Shown here: in pieces, positions 48,857 through 57,527 of the stretch
Layout of the letters: every line of letters starts with the position of its first letter
How positions within the stretch are numbered: position 1 is the stretch's first letter
DNA from: an uncultured Clostridia bacterium
GTDB taxonomy: Bacteria; Bacillota; Clostridia; TANB77; CAG-508
Direction: 5' to 3'
DNA length: 64,000 nucleotides
NCBI GenBank assembly: GCA_934167685.1
Contig: CAKPLQ010000001.1
Coordinates: forward strand, 2,624 to 66,623
The notes under the pieces: model-generated
Database searches by the model: none
Told to the model about the DNA's origin: nothing
The model's input: the letters and a program-made list of their open reading frames with translations, nothing else
Position numbers and translations under genes: made by a program

Positions 48857-49417
48857 ATGGAAGATACATCTATGGATATAATAGGAATATTGTTTGGTGC
48901 AATATTAATGTTTGTAGTTCCACTATTTTTAATTGCGAATAAATCTGATGATATATCTCAATTAGTAGCACAATCTGCTACATCTGAGTTCGTAAATGAG
49001 GTTGTAAGGTCTGGACAAATTACTGCAGATGAATATCAAAGTTTTATGACCACATTAAACACATCTGGAAATACATTTGACATAGATATACATGTTCAAA
49101 TTCTAGATGAAACACCATCAAAAATGGTAACAGATGCAGATGCACAAAAGATAGGAACAAACTCATATTACTCATTATACACAACTCAAGTTGAGAGCAA
49201 AATTGGAAACTCTTCTGCAACAACGTCCAATAATAGAGTTGGAAAACTTATATTAAAACAAGGAGACCAAGTTTCTGTAACAGTAAAAAATAGTAGTAAA
49301 ACACTATCTCAAGCTTTAAGAAATGTATATTACAATGTAACAGGAAATGATATACATATAATTGCAGCTGCAGCATCAGGTACTGTAACAATAAATGGTT
49401 CTACAGGAACAATATAA
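48857..49417 (+). CDS. small N-terminally anchored membrane protein of the Tad-like locus
   Basis: MEDTSMDIIGILFGAILMFVVPLFLIANKSDD: one transmembrane helix followed by a ~150-aa Ser/Thr-rich extracytoplasmic domain. RBS AAGGAGAAAACAGATG. Confidence 0.35.
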   Translation: MEDTSMDIIGILFGAILMFVVPLFLIANKSDDISQLVAQSATSEFVNEVVRSGQITADEYQSFMTTLNTSGNTFDIDIHVQILDETPSKMVTDADAQKIGTNSYYSLYTTQVESKIGNSSATTSNNRVGKLILKQGDQVSVTVKNSSKTLSQALRNVYYNVTGNDIHIIAAAASGTVTINGSTGTI

Positions 49418-49511
49418 AAAGACTAATTAATGAAAAAAATTTAATTAGTCTTTTTTTGTGTATAAAAAATTTTTAAGTACTAATAATAAAAAACAAAGGA
49501 GTGAAAAATTC

Positions 49512-50570
49512 ATGAAAACACTCAAAAAAATACTTTTTTTATTTGTACTAATTTTTTTATATGTATTTTTATTAACAAGAGGCTATTATCCAGAAACAAT
49601 AGCAGTAAAAGGCGAAGAAATTCGATTATCAGATATTCAAGTAATTCCAATAGGGCAAGTTGCAGGAATAAAATTATATACAAGTGGAGTACTAGTTGTA
49701 GGGACATCTGGAATTCAAAGTACGGATGGCAAAACATACAAACCTTATGAAAATACTGGAATACAAGAAGGTGATTCAATAAATTCAATTAATGACATTA
49801 TAGTAAATAATACAGAAGAATTAATAGATGCAGTCAATTTGTATGAAGGAAAAACAGTACATGTAAAATATACAAGAGATAATCAAGAAAAAACTTGTGA
49901 AATAACTCCAGTAAAAGACAGAAGTGGAAAATATAAATTAGGTTTATGGGTTAGAGATAGTGCTGCAGGAGTTGGAACTATAACCTTTTATTATGAAGAA
50001 AACAATACATTTGCAGGATTAGGACATGGAATAACTGACATAGATACAGGAGATATAATACAAACATCTTCTGGAGAAATAGATGAAGCAAGTATTGTAT
50101 CTATAGTAAAAGGCAAGGATGGAGAACCTGGGAAAATTCAAGGAAGTATAAAACAAGATAGTGTTATTGGAAGTATTTACAAAAATACTCCATATGGAAT
50201 TTATGGGATGATAAAAGAACCTAATAATATAAAAATAGATACTTCTAGAAAAATAAATGTGGCACCTAGACAAGAAATAAGTCTAGGAGAAGCAACAATT
50301 TTATCTAATATTAGTGGAGACCTAAAAGAATATAAAATCGAAATACAGAAAACTTATTTAAATAATAATTATGATAACAAAAGTATGGTACTAAAAGTTG
50401 TAGACCCACAATTATTAGAATTAACAGGCGGAATAATTCAAGGAATGAGTGGTTCGCCAATTATACAAAACAATAAATTTATAGGAGCTGTAACACATGT
50501 TTTTGTAAAAGATTCTAGTATTGGTTATGCTGTTTTTGCAGATAGAATGGTTAGTGAAATATGCAGATAA
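49512..50570 (+). CDS. spoIVB: SpoIVB-family serine peptidase (PDZ plus S55 peptidase)
   Basis: Has a signal anchor (KKILFLFVLIFLYVFLL) and a PDZ segment (GIQEGDSINSINDIIVNNTEELIDAVN). The peptidase S55 motif ...GIIQGMSGSPIIQNNKFIGAVTHVF... is present. Start chosen at MKTLKK after the RBS AAAGGAGTG. Confidence 0.75.
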   Translation: MKTLKKILFLFVLIFLYVFLLTRGYYPETIAVKGEEIRLSDIQVIPIGQVAGIKLYTSGVLVVGTSGIQSTDGKTYKPYENTGIQEGDSINSINDIIVNNTEELIDAVNLYEGKTVHVKYTRDNQEKTCEITPVKDRSGKYKLGLWVRDSAAGVGTITFYYEENNTFAGLGHGITDIDTGDIIQTSSGEIDEASIVSIVKGKDGEPGKIQGSIKQDSVIGSIYKNTPYGIYGMIKEPNNIKIDTSRKINVAPRQEISLGEATILSNISGDLKEYKIEIQKTYLNNNYDNKSMVLKVVDPQLLELTGGIIQGMSGSPIIQNNKFIGAVTHVFVKDSSIGYAVFADRMVSEICR

Positions 50571-50602
50571 AAATGCATAATATATAAGAAAAATCAAAAT
50601 CT

Positions 50603-50641
50603 TAAAGATATAAAATAGTAAATTAAAAAAACAGTTTTTGC
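50603..50641 (+). terminator. rho-independent terminator after the spoIVB-like gene
   Basis: AAAAACAGTTTTTGCAAAAAAAGCTGTTTTTTTG: a stem AACAG...CTGTT followed by a T-run. Confidence 0.5.
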
Positions 50642-50709
50642 AAAAAAAGCTGTTTTTTTGACACTTTTTGTGATATTATAGTATATATAATAATAGAGGG
50701 AGTAGATAA

Positions 50710-51279
50710 ATGAAAATTTCTAATATATTTAAACACATTAATTTAGTAATGCACCATAAATGGGTGGTTTTTAAATTATGCTGTAAAGTGGGAATTCCAT
50801 GGAGAGGATTTATGCATGACTGGTCTAAGTTTTCTCCAACTGAATTTTGGGAAGGTGTAAAATATTATAATGGTCATAGAAGCCCAATTACAGTATGTAA
50901 AGAAAAAAATGGGTATTCAGAAGCATGGCTACATCATAAAGGAAGAAATAAACATCATTTCCAATACTGGGTGGATTTAGCATTACCACAACCTGCAATA
51001 ATAATGCCATATAAATATGCGGCAGAGATGGTGTGTGACCAGTTGGCAGCAGGAATAGTTTATAATGGAAAGAATTGGACACCAAATACGCAGTTAGAAT
51101 ATTATATGCATAGAGAAGTAAGAAATATTATACATCCACAAGTAGATAAATTTTTAACAGCTGTCTTTACAGGTATTAGCCAAAATGGACTTGATGCTAC
51201 TTTGACAAAGAAAAATATCAGAAGTTTATATGAAAAATATTGTATTAGAATGGAGAATTTAGATGAGAATAAGATTTAA
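50710..51279 (+). CDS. hypothetical protein (His/Trp-rich, conserved-looking; no family assigned)
   Basis: 189 aa with the segment ...WLHHKGRNKHHFQYW.... RBS AGAGGGAGTAGATAAATG. Its 3' end overlaps the trmB start by 17 nt. Confidence 0.4.
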   Translation: MKISNIFKHINLVMHHKWVVFKLCCKVGIPWRGFMHDWSKFSPTEFWEGVKYYNGHRSPITVCKEKNGYSEAWLHHKGRNKHHFQYWVDLALPQPAIIMPYKYAAEMVCDQLAAGIVYNGKNWTPNTQLEYYMHREVRNIIHPQVDKFLTAVFTGISQNGLDATLTKKNIRSLYEKYCIRMENLDENKI

Positions 51280-51928
51280 ACCATGGGCAAGACCAGAATT
51301 GGAAGCAAGTAGCTTTTATAGAGATAATCCAGAAGAATTAAAAAATAAATGGATAGAAGAATTTAAAAACAAAAATAATCCAATTCATTTGGAATTAGGT
51401 TGTGGAAAAGGACAATTTATATCAAAATTAGCAGTTCAAAATCCTAACATCAATTATATTGCAATAGATTTAGTTGATGCGATGTTAGGATTAGCTAAAA
51501 GAAATGTAGAAGAGACATACAAAGAGCAAGAAAAAGAAGTTGATAATCTTATATTAACAAGATTTGATATAGAAAGAATAATGCTTATTTTGGGAGAACA
51601 AGATAATGTTAGAAGAATATACATTAATTTTTGCAATCCATGGCCAAAGGGAAAACATAGAAAGAAAAGATTGACACATACAAGACAGTTAGAAAAATAT
51701 AAAACTTTTTTGGCTCCAAATGGAGAAATATATTTTAAAACTGACGATGACGACTTATTTAATAGTAGTTTAGGATATTTTGAAGAGGCAGGTTTTAAGA
51801 TTTTAAAGAAAACTTATGACTTACATAAAGAACCAATATGGGAAAATAATATAGAGACTGAGCATGAAAAAATGTTTAGTGAGCAAGGAATAAAAATAAA
51901 AGCATTAATAGCAACTAGAATATTATAA
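51263..51928 (+). CDS. trmB: tRNA (guanine46-N7)-methyltransferase
   Basis: The N-terminal sequence MRIRFKPWARPELEAS...IHLELGCGKGQFISKLA and the segment NFCNPWPKGKHRKKRL match the TrmB family. Confidence 0.85.
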   Translation: MRIRFKPWARPELEASSFYRDNPEELKNKWIEEFKNKNNPIHLELGCGKGQFISKLAVQNPNINYIAIDLVDAMLGLAKRNVEETYKEQEKEVDNLILTRFDIERIMLILGEQDNVRRIYINFCNPWPKGKHRKKRLTHTRQLEKYKTFLAPNGEIYFKTDDDDLFNSSLGYFEEAGFKILKKTYDLHKEPIWENNIETEHEKMFSEQGIKIKALIATRIL

Positions 51929-51991
51929 AAATTTCAAAAAATGTATTGTCAAAATAGAAATAATGTGATACTATATTAAAGTAATTGACGT

Positions 51992-52066
51992 AGGGGTATA
52001 GTGTTAATGGTAGCACATCGGTCTCCAAAACCGCCTGTGTGGGTTCGAATCCTACTACCCCTGCCA
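51992..52066 (+). tRNA. tRNA-Trp (anticodon CCA)
   Basis: AGGGGTA acceptor stem / TACCCCT. The anticodon loop is CTCCAAA, with CCA at positions 34-36. The T-arm is GTGGGTTCGAATCCTAC and the 3' end is GCCA. A terminator hairpin (AACAGATTTTTTTAATCTGTTTTTT) follows at 52088-52115. Confidence 0.85.
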
Positions 52067-52149
52067 TTTATTTATAATTTAGGGGGCAAAAACAGATTTT
52101 TTTAATCTGTTTTTTGTGTTGGTAACTGAACTCTCGGAAAGGACCCTAA

Positions 52150-52725
52150 ATGAATAAATTAATAGCAAGAATAGTTTTATTTTCAATAATAATTTGTTTT
52201 CTATTTATCCCAACAATGTCTAATGGAAGCAATATACAGCCAATAAAAAAAGGAGAAATAATTTACTTAGGAAATTCAAGTTATGCTTGGCCAATACCAG
52301 GTTATACTCGAATATCATCACCATTTGGAAAAAGAGTAGCGCCAACCACTGGGGCATCAACATTCCATAAAGGAACAGATATACCTGCACCAGAAGGAAC
52401 AGCACTAATTGCCACTTGCGATGGAGAGATTACGTTTACTGGATTCCTTGGCGGAGGAGGATATACAATAACAATTACAAATGCAGAAGGCATAAAAATT
52501 TCATATTGTCATGTTTCGCCAAATTACATTGTATCTGTTGGGCAAATGGTGGAACAAGGTGAGATAATAGGAAATGTAGGACCGAAATATGTTTATGGAG
52601 TGGTAGGAAACAATTATAAAGATTCAACTGGGAATCCTACAAATGGAGCAACTACGGGTTGCCATTTGCATATTGGATTTCGAGAAGATGGGGAATATAT
52701 GAACCCTATGGATTATTTAAAATAG
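52150..52725 (+). CDS. M23-family (LytM-domain) peptidoglycan peptidase
   Basis: Has a signal peptide. The motifs HKGTDI, DGEI and HLHIGF are the M23 His/Asp/His zinc-ligand triad. Confidence 0.8.
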   Translation: MNKLIARIVLFSIIICFLFIPTMSNGSNIQPIKKGEIIYLGNSSYAWPIPGYTRISSPFGKRVAPTTGASTFHKGTDIPAPEGTALIATCDGEITFTGFLGGGGYTITITNAEGIKISYCHVSPNYIVSVGQMVEQGEIIGNVGPKYVYGVVGNNYKDSTGNPTNGATTGCHLHIGFREDGEYMNPMDYLK

Positions 52726-52775
52726 TTTACACATATAAAAAACTATGTTATTATATAGCACAAGGAGATGAGAAA

Positions 52776-54491
52776 ATGTCATTTGATGGAATTGTAACAA
52801 AATCAATAGTTACAGAATTGCAAGAAATTATAGGAAGTAAAATTGATAAAATCCATGAGCCAGATAAAAATACAATAGTATTAGGATTATATCTAAATGG
52901 AAAAAATTATGCCTTAAATATTTGCATAGATTCGCATAATTGTAGGATAAACTTAACAACACATCAAAAGGAAAATCCATTAGTTGCACCTAATTTTTGC
53001 ATGCTATTAAGAAAGCATTTAATTGGTGGGAGAGTTTCAAATATTTCTATGCTTGACTTAGAAAGACTTGTAAAAATAGAGATAGAAACAATAAATGAAT
53101 TTAATGAAATTGAAGTAAAGACATTAATTGTAGAGCTTATGGGAAAGCACAGTAATATTATATTAGTAAACTCAAATGAAAAAATAATAGATTCTATGAG
53201 GCATATAGACTCAAAAAATTCATATAGAGAAATATTACCTTCAAGGATATATATTTTACCAAAATCAGAAAAGTTTGATTTTATAAAATTAAAAGATTTT
53301 AATGAATTTAAAGAAAAATTGCAAAGCTTAGACGAATCGAATATATTATCAAATATGAATTCTGACGATATAAGTAAGAGGATTGCAAACGCATTTACTG
53401 GTTTTAGTTATGTATTTGCAAAATCAGCAGTGAAAGGTCGAGATTTACACCAAACATATCAGTATATTTGTAAAATTATCGACGGAAAAGAAAATTTAGA
53501 ATTTGATTATATATATAAAGAAGATAAAATTTCGGACTATGTTTTAACAATTGGGAATGCTGACGATAATGCAGATAAGAGTCTGTTCCATTTAAACTTT
53601 TTTATAGATGATTTTTACTATCAAAGAGAGACTACAGAAGGTTTTAAAAATTATAGAAATACAGTATTAAGATTGATTTTGGAGACACTAAAAAAATATA
53701 ATAAACGTTTAGAAAATATCAATTTAAAACTTAAAGAATGTGATGATATGGATACATATAGGTTATATGGAGAGTTAATAACAGCCAATCTATATAGATT
53801 GTCCAATAATCATTCGGAAAGTATAGAAGTAGAAAATTATTATGAAAATAATAATAAAATAACAATTCCTATGGATGTAAGGTATACACCGAATATAAAT
53901 GCCAAAAGATATTTTAAAAAGTATTCAAAATTAAAAAATGCATTTGAAATTGTATCTAAGCAAAAATCTGAGACAGAGAAAGAATTAAATTATATAGAAA
54001 GTATAGTATATGAATTAGAAAATAGTTCATGTATAGAAGATGTTCAAGACATATTCGAGGAAATTAGTGAAAATGTTGTGTTTAAAGAAAGGTTAAAGAA
54101 AAAAGAAAAGAAAAAAAAGGTAAGCAAAAAGAAAAAGCAACAAAATTTTGCACCAATTGAATATGATGTTGAAGGATTTAAAGTTTATGTTGGAAGAAAT
54201 AATAAAGAAAATGATTGGCTAACATTATCATTTGCCAATAAAACAGATATATGGTTTCATACAAAAGACATACATGGAAGTCATGTTATTTTAAAAACTG
54301 ATAAAAATGTTCCAGATGATATTTTAGTAAAATGTGCAGAAATTGCGGCAAAACATAGCAAAGCTAAGGATCCATCAAATGTGCCTGTAGATTATTGCAA
54401 AGTACAATATGTAAAAAAGCCAAATGGTGCAAAGCCAGGAATGGTTATTTTTACTAATAATAAAACTTTAAATGTAAAGCCGGCAAAATGA
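52776..54491 (+). CDS. rqcH: NFACT-family ribosome quality control protein (RqcH / FbpA-like)
   Basis: NFACT-N (MSFDGIVTKSIVTELQE...GKNYALNICIDS...RINLT), a coiled-coil middle region and NFACT-R/C (...FKVYVGRNNKENDWLT...WFHTKDIHGSHVIL). Start at the ATG after AAGGAGATGAGAAA. Confidence 0.8.
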   Translation: MSFDGIVTKSIVTELQEIIGSKIDKIHEPDKNTIVLGLYLNGKNYALNICIDSHNCRINLTTHQKENPLVAPNFCMLLRKHLIGGRVSNISMLDLERLVKIEIETINEFNEIEVKTLIVELMGKHSNIILVNSNEKIIDSMRHIDSKNSYREILPSRIYILPKSEKFDFIKLKDFNEFKEKLQSLDESNILSNMNSDDISKRIANAFTGFSYVFAKSAVKGRDLHQTYQYICKIIDGKENLEFDYIYKEDKISDYVLTIGNADDNADKSLFHLNFFIDDFYYQRETTEGFKNYRNTVLRLILETLKKYNKRLENINLKLKECDDMDTYRLYGELITANLYRLSNNHSESIEVENYYENNNKITIPMDVRYTPNINAKRYFKKYSKLKNAFEIVSKQKSETEKELNYIESIVYELENSSCIEDVQDIFEEISENVVFKERLKKKEKKKKVSKKKKQQNFAPIEYDVEGFKVYVGRNNKENDWLTLSFANKTDIWFHTKDIHGSHVILKTDKNVPDDILVKCAEIAAKHSKAKDPSNVPVDYCKVQYVKKPNGAKPGMVIFTNNKTLNVKPAK

Positions 54492-54556
54492 GAAGAGAGC
54501 ATCTATTATAGATGCTCTCGATTTTGATATAGCCACGATAACTATAGTCTTAAATT

Positions 54557-54922
54557 TTATTTAGAGCTATTGTTTTTGGCCTGTTCACAATGAAACAGCA
54601 AAAAATTCCAAACTATCTTATAGAACCGCATAAACTTCATGCAGTGTGGAACCTCATCACCGAAACTCTGATATTCAAAAAATGGAATATCCTGAGTTTG
54701 GATAATGTCATTGTTTACGGTTATGCTTTCCATGTTAGGAAGCAACTCGCATAACCTAGTTGCATTTTCATTGCAACCTGGATACCAACTAACCATATGT
54801 TCCATCTGATTGATGAAAGAGGCTCTATCAATTGTTGTATGATAAGTTTTCCCTTTCTCTACATAAGTTAAACTGATTGGTTCATTTTTGTTTAATATTG
54901 TTTTTTTAGCTACATCTCTCAT
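54557..54922 (-). CDS. hypothetical protein
   Basis: 121-aa ORF on the strand opposite its neighbours, with locally higher GC. RBS AGGAGGACAAAATAATG. No family recognised. Confidence 0.4.
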   Translation of the reverse strand: MRDVAKKTILNKNEPISLTYVEKGKTYHTTIDRASFINQMEHMVSWYPGCNENATRLCELLPNMESITVNNDIIQTQDIPFFEYQSFGDEVPHCMKFMRFYKIVWNFLLFHCEQAKNNSSK

Positions 54923-55037
54923 TATTTTGTCCTCCTGATTTTATTAAAAAGTTTAAGAGTTGCACTAACTCATTTGAGTTACAAATGTTATTATATCATA
55001 TTTTTTAGAAAAATACTAGTTTTTTTAGAAAAATTAA

Positions 55038-55066
55038 TTGACAACTAGAAAATAAAAGAATATAAT
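55038..55066 (+). promoter_or_regulatory. consensus sigma-A promoter (TTGACA-17-TATAAT) of the glyQS T-box leader
   Basis: TTGACA at 55038-55043, a 17-nt spacer and TATAAT at 55061-55066. Confidence 0.65.
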
Positions 55067-55072
55067 ATTGCC

Positions 55073-55312
55073 AATTAAAGAGTTACGGAGAAAAAGAAAA
55101 ATTATGTGGAATTACAAATAGAGAGCTGATGATGGTGGAATATCAGTAGTAAAGAAGCATAAGGGGAGCTTTGGAGTAATATAAATTAAGGTGCTTGATT
55201 GTTGTATTAGAAAAATCAAGAAATAGGGTGGAACCGCGGAAATATAGACTTTCGTCCCTAGCGCATGTATTTTTATATTTGTGCTAGGTGCGAAAGTTTT
55301 TTTGTATGCAAA
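55073..55312 (+). promoter_or_regulatory. T-box riboswitch leader (glycine-type) with intrinsic terminator
   Basis: The conserved T-box sequence AATAGGGTGGAACCGCGG lies at 55221-55238. It is followed by a terminator hairpin GACTTTCG...CGAAAGT plus T7 (55253-55312), immediately upstream of glyQS. Confidence 0.75.
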
Positions 55313-55353
55313 AATTGAAATTGCCTAGCAAAAAAGATTAAGGAGGAATAAAA

Positions 55354-56736
55354 ATGGTAAAATCAATGGACACAATAGTAAACTTATGTAAAGCAAGAGG
55401 ATACATTTATCCTGGTTCAGAAATTTATGGAGGACTTGCAAACACTTGGGATTATGGACCTTTAGGAGTAGAGTTGAAAAACAATGTAAAAAAATTATGG
55501 AGAAAAAAATTCATACAAGAAAGTAAATATAATGTAGGATTAGATGCAGCAATATTAATGAACCCACAAACTTGGGTTGCATCTGGACATGTTGGAGGAT
55601 TTTCAGACCCATTAATAGATTGCAAAGAATGTAAAACAAGACATAGAGCAGACAAATTAATAGAAGAATGGGCACATGAGCAAGGAAAAGACATGATAGC
55701 AGATGGAATGTCAGACGAAGAAATGGTAAAATTCTTAGATGACAACAACATCCCATGTCCAAGCTGTGGAAAGCACAATTTTACATCAATACGTAAATTC
55801 AACTTAATGTTTAAAACATTCCAAGGAGTTACAGAAGATGCAAAAGCAGAAATATATTTAAGACCGGAAACAGCACAAGGAATATTTGTAAACTTCAAAA
55901 ATGTAATGAGAACAACAAGAAAAAAACTACCAATGGGAATAGCACAAATAGGAAAAGCATTCAGAAACGAAATAACACCAGGAAACTTTACATTTAGAAC
56001 AAGAGAATTTGAGCAGATGGAACTAGAATTTTTCTGCAAACCAGGAACAGACTTAGAATGGCATGAATACTGGAAGAAATTCTGTGAAGATTGGTTATTA
56101 GGATTAGGAATGAAAAAAGAAAATATTCGTTTAAGAGACCACAGTCCAGAAGAATTAGTATTTTACAGTAAAGCAACAACAGACATAGAATATGCATTTC
56201 CATTTGGATGGGGAGAATTATGGGGAATTGCAGACAGAACAGACTATGACCTAACAAATCATATGAATATGTCAAAAGAAGACTTCACATATTTAGACCC
56301 AGAAACAAACGAAAGATATGTACCATACTGTATAGAGCCATCACTTGGTGCTGACAGAGTAGCACTTGCATTTTTATGCAGCGCATATGATGAAGAAGAA
56401 ATAGCAGAAGGAGACACAAGAACAGTATTACACTTACATCCAGCATTAGCACCATACAAAGTAGCAGTATTGCCATTATCAAAGAAATTATCAGAAAAAG
56501 CAGAAGAAGTATATACACAATTATCAAAGAAATTTATGTGTGAATATGACGAAACAGGTTCAATAGGAAAACGTTATAGAAGAGAAGACGAAATAGGAAC
56601 ACCATACTGTGTAACAGTTGACTTTGACACATTAGAAGATAATACTGTAACAATAAGAGACAGAGATACAATGGAACAAATCAGAGTAAAAATTGACGAA
56701 TTAGATGCTTGGATAAGTAACAAGGTAGAATTTTAA
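55354..56736 (+). CDS. glyQS: glycine--tRNA ligase (class II, alpha2-type GlyQS)
   Basis: 460 aa. The N-terminal sequence [38 protein letters not shown] is highly conserved in GlyRS. Class II motifs 2 and 3 are present ([25 protein letters not shown]; GADR). Confidence 0.9.
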   Translation: MVKSMDTIVNLCKARGYIYPGSEIYGGLANTWDYGPLGVELKNNVKKLWRKKFIQESKYNVGLDAAILMNPQTWVASGHVGGFSDPLIDCKECKTRHRADKLIEEWAHEQGKDMIADGMSDEEMVKFLDDNNIPCPSCGKHNFTSIRKFNLMFKTFQGVTEDAKAEIYLRPETAQGIFVNFKNVMRTTRKKLPMGIAQIGKAFRNEITPGNFTFRTREFEQMELEFFCKPGTDLEWHEYWKKFCEDWLLGLGMKKENIRLRDHSPEELVFYSKATTDIEYAFPFGWGELWGIADRTDYDLTNHMNMSKEDFTYLDPETNERYVPYCIEPSLGADRVALAFLCSAYDEEEIAEGDTRTVLHLHPALAPYKVAVLPLSKKLSEKAEEVYTQLSKKFMCEYDETGSIGKRYRREDEIGTPYCVTVDFDTLEDNTVTIRDRDTMEQIRVKIDELDAWISNKVEF

Positions 56737-56742
56737 TTTTTT

Positions 56743-56773
56743 TGCACGTTTGGGACCGGTTCTCATCGGTGCA
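56743..56773. repeat. palindromic repeat element copy D (single 31-nt unit) directly after the glyQS stop
   Basis: TGCACGTTTGGGACCGGTTCTCATCGGTGCA, 7 nt after the TAA. Confidence 0.8.
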
Positions 56774-56795
56774 TTTTTACGAAAGGAAAAGAAAA

Positions 56796-57500
56796 ATGGA
56801 GAATAAGCGAGTAATTATATCGATTTTGATAGTTTTATTTTTAATTATTGGAATAGTGGTTGGAATGTATATGTTTAGTGGATTTAGTAAAGAGCAGACC
56901 AAGTTGTTGACTGATGAAACTAATAAGATTTTGCAATCAGATATAGCAACTGAAAACATTGATTTGAATATTAAAACAAATAAAAACTACGCTGTAGTAG
57001 AAAAAGCGGTTAAAGAATATGTCTCTGAGTTAAAGAATATATATGTAGAAATGGTTGAATTAAATACGGGAATAAATCCTAATAATATTTTTACAGCTCA
57101 AAACATGAGTAATAAAGATTTAAGCGAAATTGATGATATAATTAAAGATTATAAAGATAAAAGCCAAAATGCTATTGAAGACTTAGAGGAATTATTAACT
57201 GAAGAAAAAATTGCAGAAAACATTAATAAAAGAGAATTTTCGAATAGAAAAGATTACTATATAGATTTATATAATACTATTATGACTAGCGATTCTATGA
57301 AAGAACAATATAATGCAATAGAAGAAAAAATTAAAGATGAAAAAAGCAAGTTGACTGATAAGGTTAACCAGATAAATAAAATAGCAGAGTTCTTGAAAAA
57401 GAATTCTGATGCATGGGAAATTAAAGAGGATAAAATACAGTTTACTAATTTAAATAGAATGACGGAATATTATAGTCTATTAAACAAATTGATAGATTAG
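56796..57500 (+). CDS. hypothetical N-terminally anchored coiled-coil protein
   Basis: MENKRVIISILIVLFLIIGIVVGMYMF: one transmembrane helix followed by a Lys/Glu-rich helical region. The ORF track start lies inside the repeat and is probably spurious. Confidence 0.45.
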   Translation: MENKRVIISILIVLFLIIGIVVGMYMFSGFSKEQTKLLTDETNKILQSDIATENIDLNIKTNKNYAVVEKAVKEYVSELKNIYVEMVELNTGINPNNIFTAQNMSNKDLSEIDDIIKDYKDKSQNAIEDLEELLTEEKIAENINKREFSNRKDYYIDLYNTIMTSDSMKEQYNAIEEKIKDEKSKLTDKVNQINKIAEFLKKNSDAWEIKEDKIQFTNLNRMTEYYSLLNKLID

Positions 57501-57527
57501 TAGAAGTAGAAAGGATTGTGAGAAATA

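Noticed and set aside
55452-56527. Minus-strand ORFs (195, 83, 93, 66 and 80 aa) inside glyQS
   Set aside because: They are antisense to a highly conserved GlyRS ORF. They are artefacts.
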